Positions 28,380-38,815 of a stretch of DNA of 64,000 bases are shown piece after piece; position 1 is the stretch's first letter, and each line of letters opens with the position of its first letter. The position numbers and the translations under genes are program-made. Location: the NCBI GenBank assembly GCA_964291405.2, contig OZ219926.1, forward strand, positions 320,001 through 384,000, written 5' to 3'. Origin of the DNA: Thermodesulfobacteriota bacterium (GTDB taxonomy: Bacteria; Desulfobacterota; Binatia; Bin18). The notes below the pieces were generated by a model that saw nothing but the letters and a program-made list of their open reading frames with translations, did no database searches and was not told the DNA's origin.

Positions 28380-31250
28380 ATGAGGAAGGAGACCGACCTC
28401 CGACAGGCGTACGCCACCATTCTTCCGTTGGTTGAACAGCCTTCTCGTTATACAGGCGGCGAACTCGGGACCATCATCAAAGACCCTACGGATATACGCC
28501 TACGCTTCGCACTGGCCTTCCCCGAGGTCTACGAAATCGCGCAGTCCCACTTCGGCTTACAAGTTCTGTATAATTTACTCAACAATCGTCCCGATATTCA
28601 GGCGGAACGCGTCTATGCCCCGTGGCTGGACATGGAAGAGCAGCTCCGCCAGCACCATTTGCCGCTCGTCTCCCTTGAAACCTACCGGCCATTATCCGCC
28701 TTTGAGATCATTGGCTTCAGTCTCCAGTACGAACTGACCTATACCAACGTCCTGGCCATGCTGGACCTTGGCGGGATTCCCTTGCTCTCGCACGACCGCG
28801 GTGCGTCTCATCCACTGGTGATTGCCGGCGGACCCTGCGCATTTCATCCAGAGCCCATCGCCGACTTTATCGATGCCTTCCTCCTCGGAGATGGTGAGGA
28901 GGCGATTTTTGATATCTGTGACGCCTATTTAGCCTGGGATGGAAAAGACCGGGAATCCCTCCTCCAAGCGCTGCGCCACATTCCAGGTGTATACATTCCA
29001 GCCTTTTTTGAGCCGGAATATACCCCGAGCGGCACGCTGAGCGGCACCCGCCCTCGCTATGCGGACTCCACGGTTGTCAAAAAACGAATTGTTGAAGACC
29101 TCAATACCATCCCCCAGCTCACCACCCAGGTCGTGCCGAATGTGAATATCGTACACGACCGCGTTGCTGCGGAAGTCATGCGCGGCTGCGTGCGCGGGTG
29201 TCGCTTTTGCCAGGCGGGATATATCTATCGCCCCCTGCGGGAGCGCGACCCCCGCGCCCTCCAGGAACAGATAGACCAATTAGTCAAAAAGAGCGGCTAT
29301 GAAGAGGTTTCCCTGCTCAGTTTGAGTACCGGCGACTATAGCTGTGTGAACCCGCTCCTGCGGTCTATCATGAATCGTTTTTCAGACCTCAAAGTCTCTG
29401 TCTCTCTGCCCTCGACACGTGTAGACGCCCTCTCCCCCCATATCCTGGAAGAAATCCGCCGGGTACGAAAAACGGGATTCACGCTTGCACCCGAGGCTGG
29501 CTCACAGCGTCTCCGAGATGTGATCCAAAAGGAATATCAGGAAGAAGAACTGATCGAGGCGGCGCGTCTGCTATTTGGTCTGGGATGGAAAAGCGTGAAA
29601 TTATACTTCATGCTCGGACAGCCGACCGAGACAGAAGAAGACCTGCTGGGCATCGTTGACCTGAGCCGGAAGGTCTCTGCGGCCGGTAAGCATCAGCGCC
29701 AAGTCACGGCCAGTGTCTCGACTTTTATCCCCAAACCGCATACGCCGTTTCAATGGGCCGCCCAAGTCGACCTGGAGGAAACCGAAGCGCGGCAGCAGCT
29801 CCTACGGCGGGAACTGCGGCGTTACGGGATTCAATTCAAATGGCACGATGCGCGGCTGTCTTTTCTTGAGGGTGTTTTCGCTCGGGGCGACCGGCGCTTA
29901 GGCGCTCCGCTGTTGACCGCCTATCGGCTCGGCTGTCGGTTTGACGGCTGGACAGAGCAATTCCGGCTCGATCTGTGGCAGCAGGCCTTTCGTGCGCACC
30001 ACATCGAGTCCAATTTGTATCTCCGGCGGCGCCTGCTTGGTGAGCCGCTTCCATGGGACCATTTGGATAGTGGCGTCACCAAGCAATGGCTCCAGCGTGA
30101 TCTGGCAAAAGCACTCGAAGGCACTCTCACCCCCGACTGTAGCGTGGAACGCTGCTCGTATTGTGGAGCATGTGACTTTAAGAGCGTCCGCAATGTTACC
30201 TATCATCTAAGCGGCGCTAAAGGCGCCGACCATAGAGGACCGGAGGTCGATCCTTGGGCGCGAGCAACCCTGCCCGCCCAGGATAGATGGGGCACCCGGC
30301 AATGGCAGATGATGCAAAAGAAGAAGGCAGAGCAACAGCGGGCAAGAATCAAACGCTATAGCGGCATATTGGATGAAGACAAGCTGAAAGCGACCCCCCT
30401 TGGAGCACTGAGTACCGCTCCATCCGAGGCGCCCCAGCCTGCCGCTCAGCCTCCAATTTCGGGCAACGCCGATGAATGGCTTGCCGGTGATCCCAATACC
30501 ATTGCGGCGAGCCAAGGTAAGCCGCAACGGGCCATCATGCGTTTTCGACTGCGGTATAGCAAGCTCGACATGGCTCGCTTTCTGGGCGCGAAAGAAGTTG
30601 CGACACTCTTTGCCCGCTCCTGTCGTCGGGCGTGCCTCCCCCTTGCCTACAGTCAAGGCTTTCATCCCTTACCTCGTATGAGTTTTGGCCCGGCTCTCCC
30701 GGTCGGCATGGAGAGCGAGGAGGAATTCCTTGATATTCTCCTGTATGAAGAAATGTCGGCAAAAGCGATACAGCAGCGCCTGAACGCCGAGCTGCCGAGC
30801 GGCTTTCAGATCCAGCAGGTGCAGCAGATCGACCTGGACAGGCCAAGCATCGATGTGAGTATTGCTACCCAGCGCTATCAGGTTGCCCTCGATACGCTTG
30901 CCTCGAAAAAACGTGACCCGCGCTTCGTACAGGAGCGGTTAGGTCAGTTTCATCAAGCCCAGACCTTCCCCATCCGCAAACGGACCCGTCATCGGGAGCG
31001 CACCCTTGACGCCAAGCAGTTGGTCTCAGCTATCACCCTGGAAACACCGCTCACACTCTCAGTCGACATCGCCATGACAGATGTGGGCACCCTTAAACCC
31101 CATGAATTCATTGGTTCCCTCCTCACCTTGTCCCCGCAAGAGGTGAAAATCTTACGGGTGACAAAAACCGTCACACAATTTCGCTCGGATGCCTTTCCTC
31201 AGAGAAGGCCTCAACCCCCCGAGCAAGAACTGCTTCCGACAACAGGCTAA
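28380..31250 (+). CDS. B12-binding radical SAM protein fused to the radical-SAM-linked DUF2344 domain
   Basis: PSRYTGGE, RGCVRGCRFCQAG, APEAGSQRLR, C-terminal YSQGFHPLPRMSFGPALPVG; conserved position before rne/rng. Confidence 0.92.
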   Translation: MRKETDLRQAYATILPLVEQPSRYTGGELGTIIKDPTDIRLRFALAFPEVYEIAQSHFGLQVLYNLLNNRPDIQAERVYAPWLDMEEQLRQHHLPLVSLETYRPLSAFEIIGFSLQYELTYTNVLAMLDLGGIPLLSHDRGASHPLVIAGGPCAFHPEPIADFIDAFLLGDGEEAIFDICDAYLAWDGKDRESLLQALRHIPGVYIPAFFEPEYTPSGTLSGTRPRYADSTVVKKRIVEDLNTIPQLTTQVVPNVNIVHDRVAAEVMRGCVRGCRFCQAGYIYRPLRERDPRALQEQIDQLVKKSGYEEVSLLSLSTGDYSCVNPLLRSIMNRFSDLKVSVSLPSTRVDALSPHILEEIRRVRKTGFTLAPEAGSQRLRDVIQKEYQEEELIEAARLLFGLGWKSVKLYFMLGQPTETEEDLLGIVDLSRKVSAAGKHQRQVTASVSTFIPKPHTPFQWAAQVDLEETEARQQLLRRELRRYGIQFKWHDARLSFLEGVFARGDRRLGAPLLTAYRLGCRFDGWTEQFRLDLWQQAFRAHHIESNLYLRRRLLGEPLPWDHLDSGVTKQWLQRDLAKALEGTLTPDCSVERCSYCGACDFKSVRNVTYHLSGAKGADHRGPEVDPWARATLPAQDRWGTRQWQMMQKKKAEQQRARIKRYSGILDEDKLKATPLGALSTAPSEAPQPAAQPPISGNADEWLAGDPNTIAASQGKPQRAIMRFRLRYSKLDMARFLGAKEVATLFARSCRRACLPLAYSQGFHPLPRMSFGPALPVGMESEEEFLDILLYEEMSAKAIQQRLNAELPSGFQIQQVQQIDLDRPSIDVSIATQRYQVALDTLASKKRDPRFVQERLGQFHQAQTFPIRKRTRHRERTLDAKQLVSAITLETPLTLSVDIAMTDVGTLKPHEFIGSLLTLSPQEVKILRVTKTVTQFRSDAFPQRRPQPPEQELLPTTG

Positions 31251-31255
31251 TACTC

Positions 31256-32998
31256 GTGCGTCACAGAATCGTTATTAATTCGACCCACCAAGAGGCCCGT
31301 GTGGCCCTCCTCGAAAACGAAACGCTCGTAGAGATTCACATTGAGCGCGCTCAGCAGCGCAATGTTGCGGGCAACATCTATCTTGGACGCGTCAATCGTG
31401 TCCTCCCAGGGATACAGGCGGCGTTCGTTGATATCGGACTCGAAAAAGCCGGCTTCATCCATGCTTCGGATGTGTTTGGCGGCCCGTTGCCCCCCGGTAT
31501 GATCGATGACGTCGACGACCAGGACCCAGACACAGACGATCTGCTGAGCGCATTTGACTTGGCCGACCCTGAGAGCGAGCCTGACGAGGAAGAGGAACCG
31601 CCCTCGAATGTCGAGCCCAAACCCACACGTGGGCGTCGCCGTTCCCGTTCCGAGCCGCGGATTCCACTCGAACAAAAGCTGAAAGAAAATCAGGAAATTC
31701 TTGTCCAGGTCGCCAAAGAGCCGATCGGGACGAAAGGTCCCCGACTCACCGCGCATCTCTCTCTGCCCGGACGACAGCTGGTGTACACACCGACCATCGA
31801 ACATATTGGTGTGTCCCGGCGCATTGCGGATGGCAAAGAGCGGAGCCGGCTCAGAGAAGCGGTCACCAGCCTGCGGCCGGCTGAGGGCGGTTTTATTGTC
31901 CGCACCGCCTGCGAGGGTCTGACCAAAAAAGAAATTCACGACGACATGAAATTCTTGCTCAAGCTCTGGGGCAGGATCACCAAAAAACGTGAGCAGCACG
32001 CAGCCCCAACCCTCGTGCACGACGATATGGACGTCATCCTGCGTATCATTCGCGATGTCTTCACGCCGGATATTAATGAGATCATTATCGATAATGCGAA
32101 TGATTACGAACGCATTAATGAATTCATCGCGACCTTCATGCCGCGTTTAACCGGTCGCGTGAAGCTCCACGACAAACAGGCTCCTATCTTTGAGCACTAC
32201 AAAATTGAGCAGCAGATTACCAAAGCGCTCGACAGACGCGTCCCCCTCAAATCCGGCGGCCATATCGTGATTGACCACACAGAAGCGCTTACCGCGATTG
32301 ATGTGAACACGGGCCGCTTTGTTGGGAAACGGAACCAAGAAGAGACCATGCTGCAGACTAACCTTGAAGCCGCCCAGGTCGTGGTCGAACAGCTACGCCT
32401 GCGCAATATTGGGGGTCTCATCATCGTCGACTTTATCGATATGGAGCGAGCGGCCAACCGCACCAAAGTCACAGAAGCCCTTCGCGCGGCCCTGAAGAAA
32501 GACAAGACCCGCAGCAATATGCGGAAGATTAGTGAACTCGGACTGGTTCAGATGACGCGCAAACGGACGCGGGAGAGCCTCCAACAGCAACTCTGCGCCC
32601 CCTGCGCCGCTTGTGACGGCCGGGGCCATAGACAGTCGGTTCCCACTATCACCTACAATCTCATCCGCCAGTTACACAAAGAAGTGGCGCTTCAGCCGCA
32701 CGCCCAAGCCGTCACCGTCTATGCCCATCCAGACGTTCTCGCTTTTTTATACGAGGAGGAAGAAGAATGGCTGGATGCCCTTGAGGCTCAACTCAACACC
32801 CGCTTCTTTTTTCGGACCGACTCTGACTTTCATATTGAACAGTATGAAATCGAGATCACCGAAAAACGACCCGCACCCAAGGCAAAACCGAAAAAAGCTC
32901 GGCCGAAGAAGAGTGCGACACCCAGAAAGCGGCGCGCCGGAAAACGGGCGACCCAGACTGCTAAACAGGAGCGCAGCGCAGACGCGGTATTGCTCTGA
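31256..32998 (+). CDS. rng: Ribonuclease E/G family
   Basis: GNIYLGRV, AAFVDIG, IDVNTG, LRNIGGLIIVDFIDM, CAACDG. Confidence 0.95.
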   Translation: MRHRIVINSTHQEARVALLENETLVEIHIERAQQRNVAGNIYLGRVNRVLPGIQAAFVDIGLEKAGFIHASDVFGGPLPPGMIDDVDDQDPDTDDLLSAFDLADPESEPDEEEEPPSNVEPKPTRGRRRSRSEPRIPLEQKLKENQEILVQVAKEPIGTKGPRLTAHLSLPGRQLVYTPTIEHIGVSRRIADGKERSRLREAVTSLRPAEGGFIVRTACEGLTKKEIHDDMKFLLKLWGRITKKREQHAAPTLVHDDMDVILRIIRDVFTPDINEIIIDNANDYERINEFIATFMPRLTGRVKLHDKQAPIFEHYKIEQQITKALDRRVPLKSGGHIVIDHTEALTAIDVNTGRFVGKRNQEETMLQTNLEAAQVVVEQLRLRNIGGLIIVDFIDMERAANRTKVTEALRAALKKDKTRSNMRKISELGLVQMTRKRTRESLQQQLCAPCAACDGRGHRQSVPTITYNLIRQLHKEVALQPHAQAVTVYAHPDVLAFLYEEEEEWLDALEAQLNTRFFFRTDSDFHIEQYEIEITEKRPAPKAKPKKARPKKSATPRKRRAGKRATQTAKQERSADAVLL

Positions 32999-33041
32999 TC
33001 ACTGTGTTGGATGTGCTTGGTATGACAAGCAGGGTAGCCCC

Positions 33042-33806
33042 TTACGTCAAGGTGACCCCACCATCAACAATAATATTCTGACCGGTCACAAAATCCGAGG
33101 CTGGAGACGCCAGAAATAGGGCAGCACCGATCAGATCGCGCGGTTCACCCAAACGACGCAACGGAGTCTGACGCAGCATTTCTTTTTCGACCTCAGGCCG
33201 GGTGAGATGCGGCGCCGTCATGCCGGTGCGAATATAGCCGGGGCTAAAACAATTCACATACACGCCGTGTCTCGCCCACCGCATGGCCAGCACCCGGGTG
33301 AGCTGGATAACACCGGCCTTAGCGGTCGAATAGGTCAGCCCCGAGTTGACTACTAGGCCCGAGATAGAGGCTGTGTTTACAATTTTCCCGCCGCCATGGT
33401 CCATCATATAGCGACCTGCGGCCTGGCAACACAGGAACACGCCAGTCAAGTCAACGTTGAGTTCCTCCTGCCAATCGGCTTGGCTGATATCTTCCGGCTT
33501 CCCAAGTTTCAGGATGCCGGCATTGTTAAAGGCAAAGTCCAGTCCACCCAACTCTTCGGTTGTCGTCTGGATCAGCCTTTCAACCTGATCTTTTTGCGAC
33601 ACGTCTATCGCCAGAGAACGGGCTTCCCCATGCTGAGCACAAATCTCTTCCGCCACTTTCCGGGCCGCCTCTTGATTGATATCGCTCACCACAACCGCCG
33701 CGCCGGCCTCGGCCATACCCAGGGCAATAGCGCGCCCCAGTCCCGAGCCGCCGCCGGTGACATACCCTCTCTTGCCGCTGACATCGAATAGACTATGTCC
33801 GCTCAT
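33042..33806 (-). CDS. Short-chain dehydrogenase/reductase
   Basis: TGGGSGLG, NNAG, YSTAK; real start MSGHSLFDV at 33806. Confidence 0.95.
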   Translation of the reverse strand: MSGHSLFDVSGKRGYVTGGGSGLGRAIALGMAEAGAAVVVSDINQEAARKVAEEICAQHGEARSLAIDVSQKDQVERLIQTTTEELGGLDFAFNNAGILKLGKPEDISQADWQEELNVDLTGVFLCCQAAGRYMMDHGGGKIVNTASISGLVVNSGLTYSTAKAGVIQLTRVLAMRWARHGVYVNCFSPGYIRTGMTAPHLTRPEVEKEMLRQTPLRRLGEPRDLIGAALFLASPASDFVTGQNIIVDGGVTLT

Positions 33807-33998
33807 AGCCCGTCCTTTCCTTGTCGTTTTTTCGGAGTCTGTTTGTATCGATCTTCTCCAGCCGGAACAAGGCAAGTCGTCCGGCCCAGTCACCCTTCGC
33901 CGTTGAAGAAGTCGCTGGGGTGTGGCATAAGCGCGAAACAGGTCACTAGGAAGCGCTACGAACCGGATTCCATCTAGACACAAGGTAGGACCACCAGC

Positions 33999-35462
33999 AT
34001 GATGACCCAGACCCAAATGTCGAGAGGCCAGGACCGCCGTGTTTGGTTGTCTCTGCTTCTTGTCTTCCCGCTCGTCTTTACCCTTCCATGCCCGGCGGAG
34101 ACCCAGACCATCCCGGACATAGACTGGGCGGCGGTTGAGAAAGAGGCCGGCGAGCTGCTCAGTCAGGTCGTACAAATTGACACGTCCAACCCGCCGGGGA
34201 ACGAGACGGCCGCAGCCCAGTTCTGGCAGAACATCCTCATCCAAGAAGGCATTGAAGCCCAGGTCTACGAGTCGGAGCCGGGCCGGGGCATTATCTACGG
34301 CCGGCTCAAAGGTAACGGCAAGAAAAAGGCGCTCATCCTCCTGCATCATCTCGATGTGGTCCCCGCTGATCCAGTGGAATGGGAGTTCGACCCATTTGGC
34401 GGGGTTATCAAAGATGGCTACGTCCACGGGCGGGGTGCGATCGATTGTAAAGGCGTGAGTGTCGTCCAGTTTCTTGCGCTGGCCTTACTCAAGCGTAGTG
34501 GCCTGAGTTTTGAACGCGACATTATTTTTCTCGGCACAGGGGACGAAGAAGTCGGTGGCAGAAAAGGCGCCGGCTGGTTTGTTGACACGCATTTCGACCT
34601 GATTGCCGACGCAGAGTTTCTCCTGACCGAAGGGGGCGGTATCCGGCAGCGCGAGGGCAAGCGCTCGTATCGCGTTTCAGTGGCGGAAAAGGCACCGTGC
34701 TGGATCGAGCTCAAGGCAACAGGACCGGCAGGACATGGATCGAGCCCAAAGCCGGAGACAGCGGTGAACCGCCTCGTGCGGGCCTTGGATAAAATTCGTC
34801 GCCATGAGACGGCTTTCAAGGTCGTGCCTGCGGTTCAGGCGTATTTCAGTGCCCTGGCCGACTCCGAGGATGGGGAAACGGCGCAACACTACCGAGCGCT
34901 TGAACAGTCCCTCCAAGACGAGACGTTTCGCAAGAAATTCACGGCAAATCCGGGCCATAATGCCCTGGTGCGGAATACCATCTCCCTGACCGTTCTTAAC
35001 GGCAGTCCGAAAACCAATGTTGTGCCGGCCTCGGCGTCCGCCCACCTTGACTGCCGCCTCCTGCCGGGAGAAGACCCGCAACAATTCATCGCAGAACTCA
35101 AACAGGTGGTGGATGATCCGCATGTCCAGTTCTCAACCCTGTTAAACTTCCCTTCCGTTGCCTCGGCCCCGGATACATCCCTCTTCGAGGCGATCCGTTC
35201 CGTTGCCGCACGCAGAGACCCGCACGCCCCGGTTCTCCCCAGCGTCCTGGGTGGCTTCACCGACACGCATTATTTCAGAGAAAAAGGCATTACCAGCTAC
35301 GGCTTTTCAGGCCTCGCACTCGCAGCAGAAGACACCCGTGGAGTACACGGTCTGAACGAGCGGATGCCCCTGGCGGCCTTACGGGATGCCGTGCAGGTGC
35401 TGCTTGAGGTCGTGCTGTCCATCGACGCTCAGCCTGAAGGAGGGAACGCGCATGGCGGTTAG
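33999..35462 (+). CDS. Secreted M20/M25/M40 metallopeptidase
   Basis: Signal peptide, HHLDVVP, GRGAIDCKG, DEE, GHGS, HGLNE. Confidence 0.93.
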   Translation: MMTQTQMSRGQDRRVWLSLLLVFPLVFTLPCPAETQTIPDIDWAAVEKEAGELLSQVVQIDTSNPPGNETAAAQFWQNILIQEGIEAQVYESEPGRGIIYGRLKGNGKKKALILLHHLDVVPADPVEWEFDPFGGVIKDGYVHGRGAIDCKGVSVVQFLALALLKRSGLSFERDIIFLGTGDEEVGGRKGAGWFVDTHFDLIADAEFLLTEGGGIRQREGKRSYRVSVAEKAPCWIELKATGPAGHGSSPKPETAVNRLVRALDKIRRHETAFKVVPAVQAYFSALADSEDGETAQHYRALEQSLQDETFRKKFTANPGHNALVRNTISLTVLNGSPKTNVVPASASAHLDCRLLPGEDPQQFIAELKQVVDDPHVQFSTLLNFPSVASAPDTSLFEAIRSVAARRDPHAPVLPSVLGGFTDTHYFREKGITSYGFSGLALAAEDTRGVHGLNERMPLAALRDAVQVLLEVVLSIDAQPEGGNAHGG

Positions 35463-35712
35463 TCAGGAGCTACTGGCTATCCTGGTGTGTCCGGAGACCA
35501 AACAGTCCGTGGCACTGGCCCCGACCGAGCTGGTAGACACACTCAACACCCGTATTCAAAACGGCAGCCTCAAAAACCGGGCGGGCGAGGTCGTCTCCGC
35601 AGCCATGGAGGCGGCCCTGATCCGTGAAGACCAGCACTATTGCTACCCCATTCGAGACGATATCCCGGTCATGTTGATCGACGAAGCCATTCCCCTGCCT
35701 CCGCCCGGATAA
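35452..35712 (+). CDS. Trm112 family protein
   Basis: LLAILVCPETK...YPIRDDIPVMLIDEA. Confidence 0.92.
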   Translation: MAVSQELLAILVCPETKQSVALAPTELVDTLNTRIQNGSLKNRAGEVVSAAMEAALIREDQHYCYPIRDDIPVMLIDEAIPLPPPG

Positions 35713-35759
35713 TCGGACTAGGATGTGGGGCGTCGACCCTCCCCTGTCGTGGTATCGCA

Positions 35760-38102
35760 TTAGAACGTTGTCCGCAGGCCGATTGTCACCACCCGTCCGG
35801 GCTCGAACACTTCCCGGCCGGTAAACGGATTCTCTCGGGTGATATGCTCGTTATAGTTCTTGTCGAACAGGTTCTCGACCTGCACCATGAGTTCGTGACG
35901 CCCGAACAAGCGCCAACCAGCCCCGATATCAACCGTCACATGTCCCTGCGTCGCGTCTTCGCCGAATGCGGTATCAATGCGATGCTGGCTCTGAACGAGG
36001 CGCAGCATCGGGCTGAGCCAGAATCCCCGGTGCGGATGCTCGTATCTCAGCCCAAACCGGCCTTCCAAAGGCGGAATCTCGGGCAGCGCCCGGTCGTCTT
36101 CCTCGTTTTCTCCACGCACATAGGCAAAGGAGCCGTGCAGCGACAGGTTTTCGCGCAGTTCATAGCTCAGGCTCAGGTCCGCGCCCAGCAATGTGGCATG
36201 ATCGATATTGCGAAACCCACGCAGGTTGCACGGTCCGTGCGGACACTGGAATGCCCGGTCCAGAATGTATTGCAGAATGTAGTCCTCAATCCGATTGTAG
36301 AAGAGGGCCCCGTCCACGGCCAATCGGCCCCACCTCGTGTGGATACCCGTATCGACCTCAAAGCTCTCTTCCGGGTCTAAACCGGGATTGCCGATATAAA
36401 AACCGCCCGGTCCGGGTCCCAACGCCAAATACCGCTCGGTCGCATCCGCGGTGCGCGCAGCGCGGCCCACCCCGACAAACAGGTCGAGCGCGGATACCGG
36501 CGAGTAGACCAGCCTTGTGTTGGCGCTGACATTCGTCTCGAAGGCGTCCACGGCGTCGGCACCGGCACTGTAATAGGCACGGTACTGCATGCGCTCGGTC
36601 GGGCCCGGATTCGCGCCGGCAGCGACAAAATCGACCCGCGCACCAACGATGAGACGCCACTTCGGAGTCGGCAGATAGACGTACTCGCCAAAGATGCCGC
36701 CGTCCATAATGTGCGTCCCCGGCCAAGCATGGAAATAGCGGGTGGTGCCGACCCTGTCTCCACTGAGAAACGAGAGATGATTGGTACCCTCGCGTTCGAG
36801 TCTGTACACGTCTCCACCAAGAGACAGGCGGCCCCCAAAGCCCGGCAGGATGTCTGCCTGCACCCGTCCGCCGAATGTTCGGGCGTCCAGCGGAAAGACA
36901 ATGCGCCTGACCGGGTGCGCATGTCCGGCATGCTCTCCATGCCCGGTATGTATCATGTCGCCGTGGCCAGTACCTGTCATATGGTGGCCCTCGTTCATCA
37001 TGTCGCCGTGACCATGTCCAGCCATGCTGTCGTGCTGACTATGTTCTTCATTCCTCCGCCCGGCAGGGTGTCCAGAGCCGTCCTGCATACCGGGGCCGGA
37101 GCCGTCCTGCCCTCCTCCGCCGGTGCCACTCCCGGCCCGATGGGGCTTATGGTCATTGTTCATGCGATGATGCACGTAGTTGTAGTAGCCGCTGAATTGC
37201 AGGCTCTCCACAAATGAGAACGGATTGCTGAGGGTGTAGGACACGGAGCCGAGATAGGCGTCATCTTCTTCCAGGTGCAGCGGCAACGCGTCGAAACGGG
37301 TATCCCGGTCGGACTCCCGGCTTATGGACAGCAGAAAACGATGATCGGCGTGCGGTTGCCACAGGAGCGTGCCGGAGACCGATTGGCTCTGAAATCCGGA
37401 CTGTATCCGTTCGCCGTCACCCGAGTCATAGTCCTGATAATCGCGGTAGCTGCCAGCCAGCCGAAACGCCAAGGCGGGCCCACCGGCACTGACCGATGCC
37501 TTGGTGGTAAACCCGTTGTAATTGCTGATGTAGGCTGCTCCAAGCGAACCATGCGCATCCCAGTGTGGTGAAAGTTCCGGTTTCTTGGTGACCAGGTTGA
37601 TCGTTCCACCGATACTGCTCGGACCCCGTGTCACCGAGTACGGTCCCTTGATCACTTCGATGGCTTCCAGCTCATCCACATCCAGCAGCGAGGTCGGCGG
37701 GTCCATGCGAAACGGCCCGCCCCCCCATATCTTCGTGCCATTGGTCATGACACTCAAACGGTCTTCACGCAGCCCGCGGATAACCGGGTCAAGATTGATG
37801 CCGCCACTCCGTTTGCCGGTCACGCCGGGGACCCTGCTTTTCAGGGCTTCGGCGACATCCTTGGCCTGAGATGCCCGGATCTGCTCGGCCGTTACCAGAG
37901 CGGTCGATGCCCCGCTGACAGGGGTAATACGCTCAACCGAGACGAGTATGTCTTCAAGTTCAATCGCTTCCGCTTCTCCGGAGCCCGAAGTCTCTTTTTG
38001 GGCTTGCGCCAAGCTCGTCCGTTCTCCGATAGTTACGGACAGGCTCAGAACAATCAGGCTCCAGACGCATCTTCTCCAGATGCCCGAGTACAGTGCTAAC
38101 AT
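35760..38102 (-). CDS. TonB-dependent receptor, OprC/NosA (copper)-like, with a His/Met-rich loop
   Basis: Plug DPVIRG...RMDPP, IEVIKGP, HRMNN, VENLFDKNY, C-terminal Phe. Confidence 0.9.
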   Translation of the reverse strand: MLALYSGIWRRCVWSLIVLSLSVTIGERTSLAQAQKETSGSGEAEAIELEDILVSVERITPVSGASTALVTAEQIRASQAKDVAEALKSRVPGVTGKRSGGINLDPVIRGLREDRLSVMTNGTKIWGGGPFRMDPPTSLLDVDELEAIEVIKGPYSVTRGPSSIGGTINLVTKKPELSPHWDAHGSLGAAYISNYNGFTTKASVSAGGPALAFRLAGSYRDYQDYDSGDGERIQSGFQSQSVSGTLLWQPHADHRFLLSISRESDRDTRFDALPLHLEEDDAYLGSVSYTLSNPFSFVESLQFSGYYNYVHHRMNNDHKPHRAGSGTGGGGQDGSGPGMQDGSGHPAGRRNEEHSQHDSMAGHGHGDMMNEGHHMTGTGHGDMIHTGHGEHAGHAHPVRRIVFPLDARTFGGRVQADILPGFGGRLSLGGDVYRLEREGTNHLSFLSGDRVGTTRYFHAWPGTHIMDGGIFGEYVYLPTPKWRLIVGARVDFVAAGANPGPTERMQYRAYYSAGADAVDAFETNVSANTRLVYSPVSALDLFVGVGRAARTADATERYLALGPGPGGFYIGNPGLDPEESFEVDTGIHTRWGRLAVDGALFYNRIEDYILQYILDRAFQCPHGPCNLRGFRNIDHATLLGADLSLSYELRENLSLHGSFAYVRGENEEDDRALPEIPPLEGRFGLRYEHPHRGFWLSPMLRLVQSQHRIDTAFGEDATQGHVTVDIGAGWRLFGRHELMVQVENLFDKNYNEHITRENPFTGREVFEPGRVVTIGLRTTF

Positions 38103-38237
38103 CGTGTTGTTCTCCACTTTCAGTCGGCCGGACGCGAGTCGTCCGGCACTTCGCCCCGCCCGTGTGACAGTATTCTCGCCACGAAGAGCGGGTGGTCCTT
38201 TAACGCGCACTGTCTGATAAGACCGCGCGAATGATGC

Positions 38238-38663
38238 TTACACGAACCGTGGAGAACGTGGCGGGGGCGTGGGGGGTACAATAGCCAACTCGGCATAGCG
38301 GAGCGGCTGTGAAAAATAGAAACGTCGCTCAGGCTGAAGGCCGGGCAGTCCGACGCTCTGCGTCAGCACGAATCGCAGGGCCTGCGCTGACACCACTCCA
38401 TCCGGCCCGGACGGATGGCATGTTTGCAAAGCACACTGAAAGCTGGTCCGTGGCTTCTGGTGTGCATGCGGGCAATTCGGGCTATGAGAGGAATGCGTAC
38501 GAGTCTTCTTTCCGTATGAGATGGGACAGTGCTGTTTCGTTTCACAGCAGGCATGCTGGTTTGCAAAGAGGAGCAACTGGAGTCCCTGCCCGATTCGGCC
38601 CTGGCCCAGAAAGGCGAGAGCGAGTAGCAGAACGAGACAACGAATGATAGAGGGCCGCTTCAA
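38238..38663 (-). CDS. Cys/His-rich leader protein with C-terminal PPTPPPR (DUF2946/CruR/CutF-like)
   Basis: N-terminal hydrophobic segment, HACC..HC..CPH..CALQTCH, proline-rich end; directly upstream of the TonB receptor. Confidence 0.65.
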   Translation of the reverse strand: MKRPSIIRCLVLLLALAFLGQGRIGQGLQLLLFANQHACCETKQHCPISYGKKTRTHSSHSPNCPHAHQKPRTSFQCALQTCHPSGPDGVVSAQALRFVLTQSVGLPGLQPERRFYFSQPLRYAELAIVPPTPPPRSPRFV

Positions 38664-38815
38664 TACAAATCTCCCAGCCCCCCTGTACTATAAGACGCCA
38701 CCCCCAGGAGCAAGACACACCCTTACCTGTACGAGTCCTCGACTGCAAAAGTATGGTACACTTTCACAGGAGTCGGAAACGGAATCGCACAATAGACCAG
38801 AGTAAGGAGTCATTC

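Noticed and set aside
33807-34427. N-terminal extension of the 461-aa SDR ORF, and similar extensions of metY, znuA, fur and smc
   Set aside because: Extensions overlap opposite-strand genes, repeats or promoters; downstream starts fit the family N-termini
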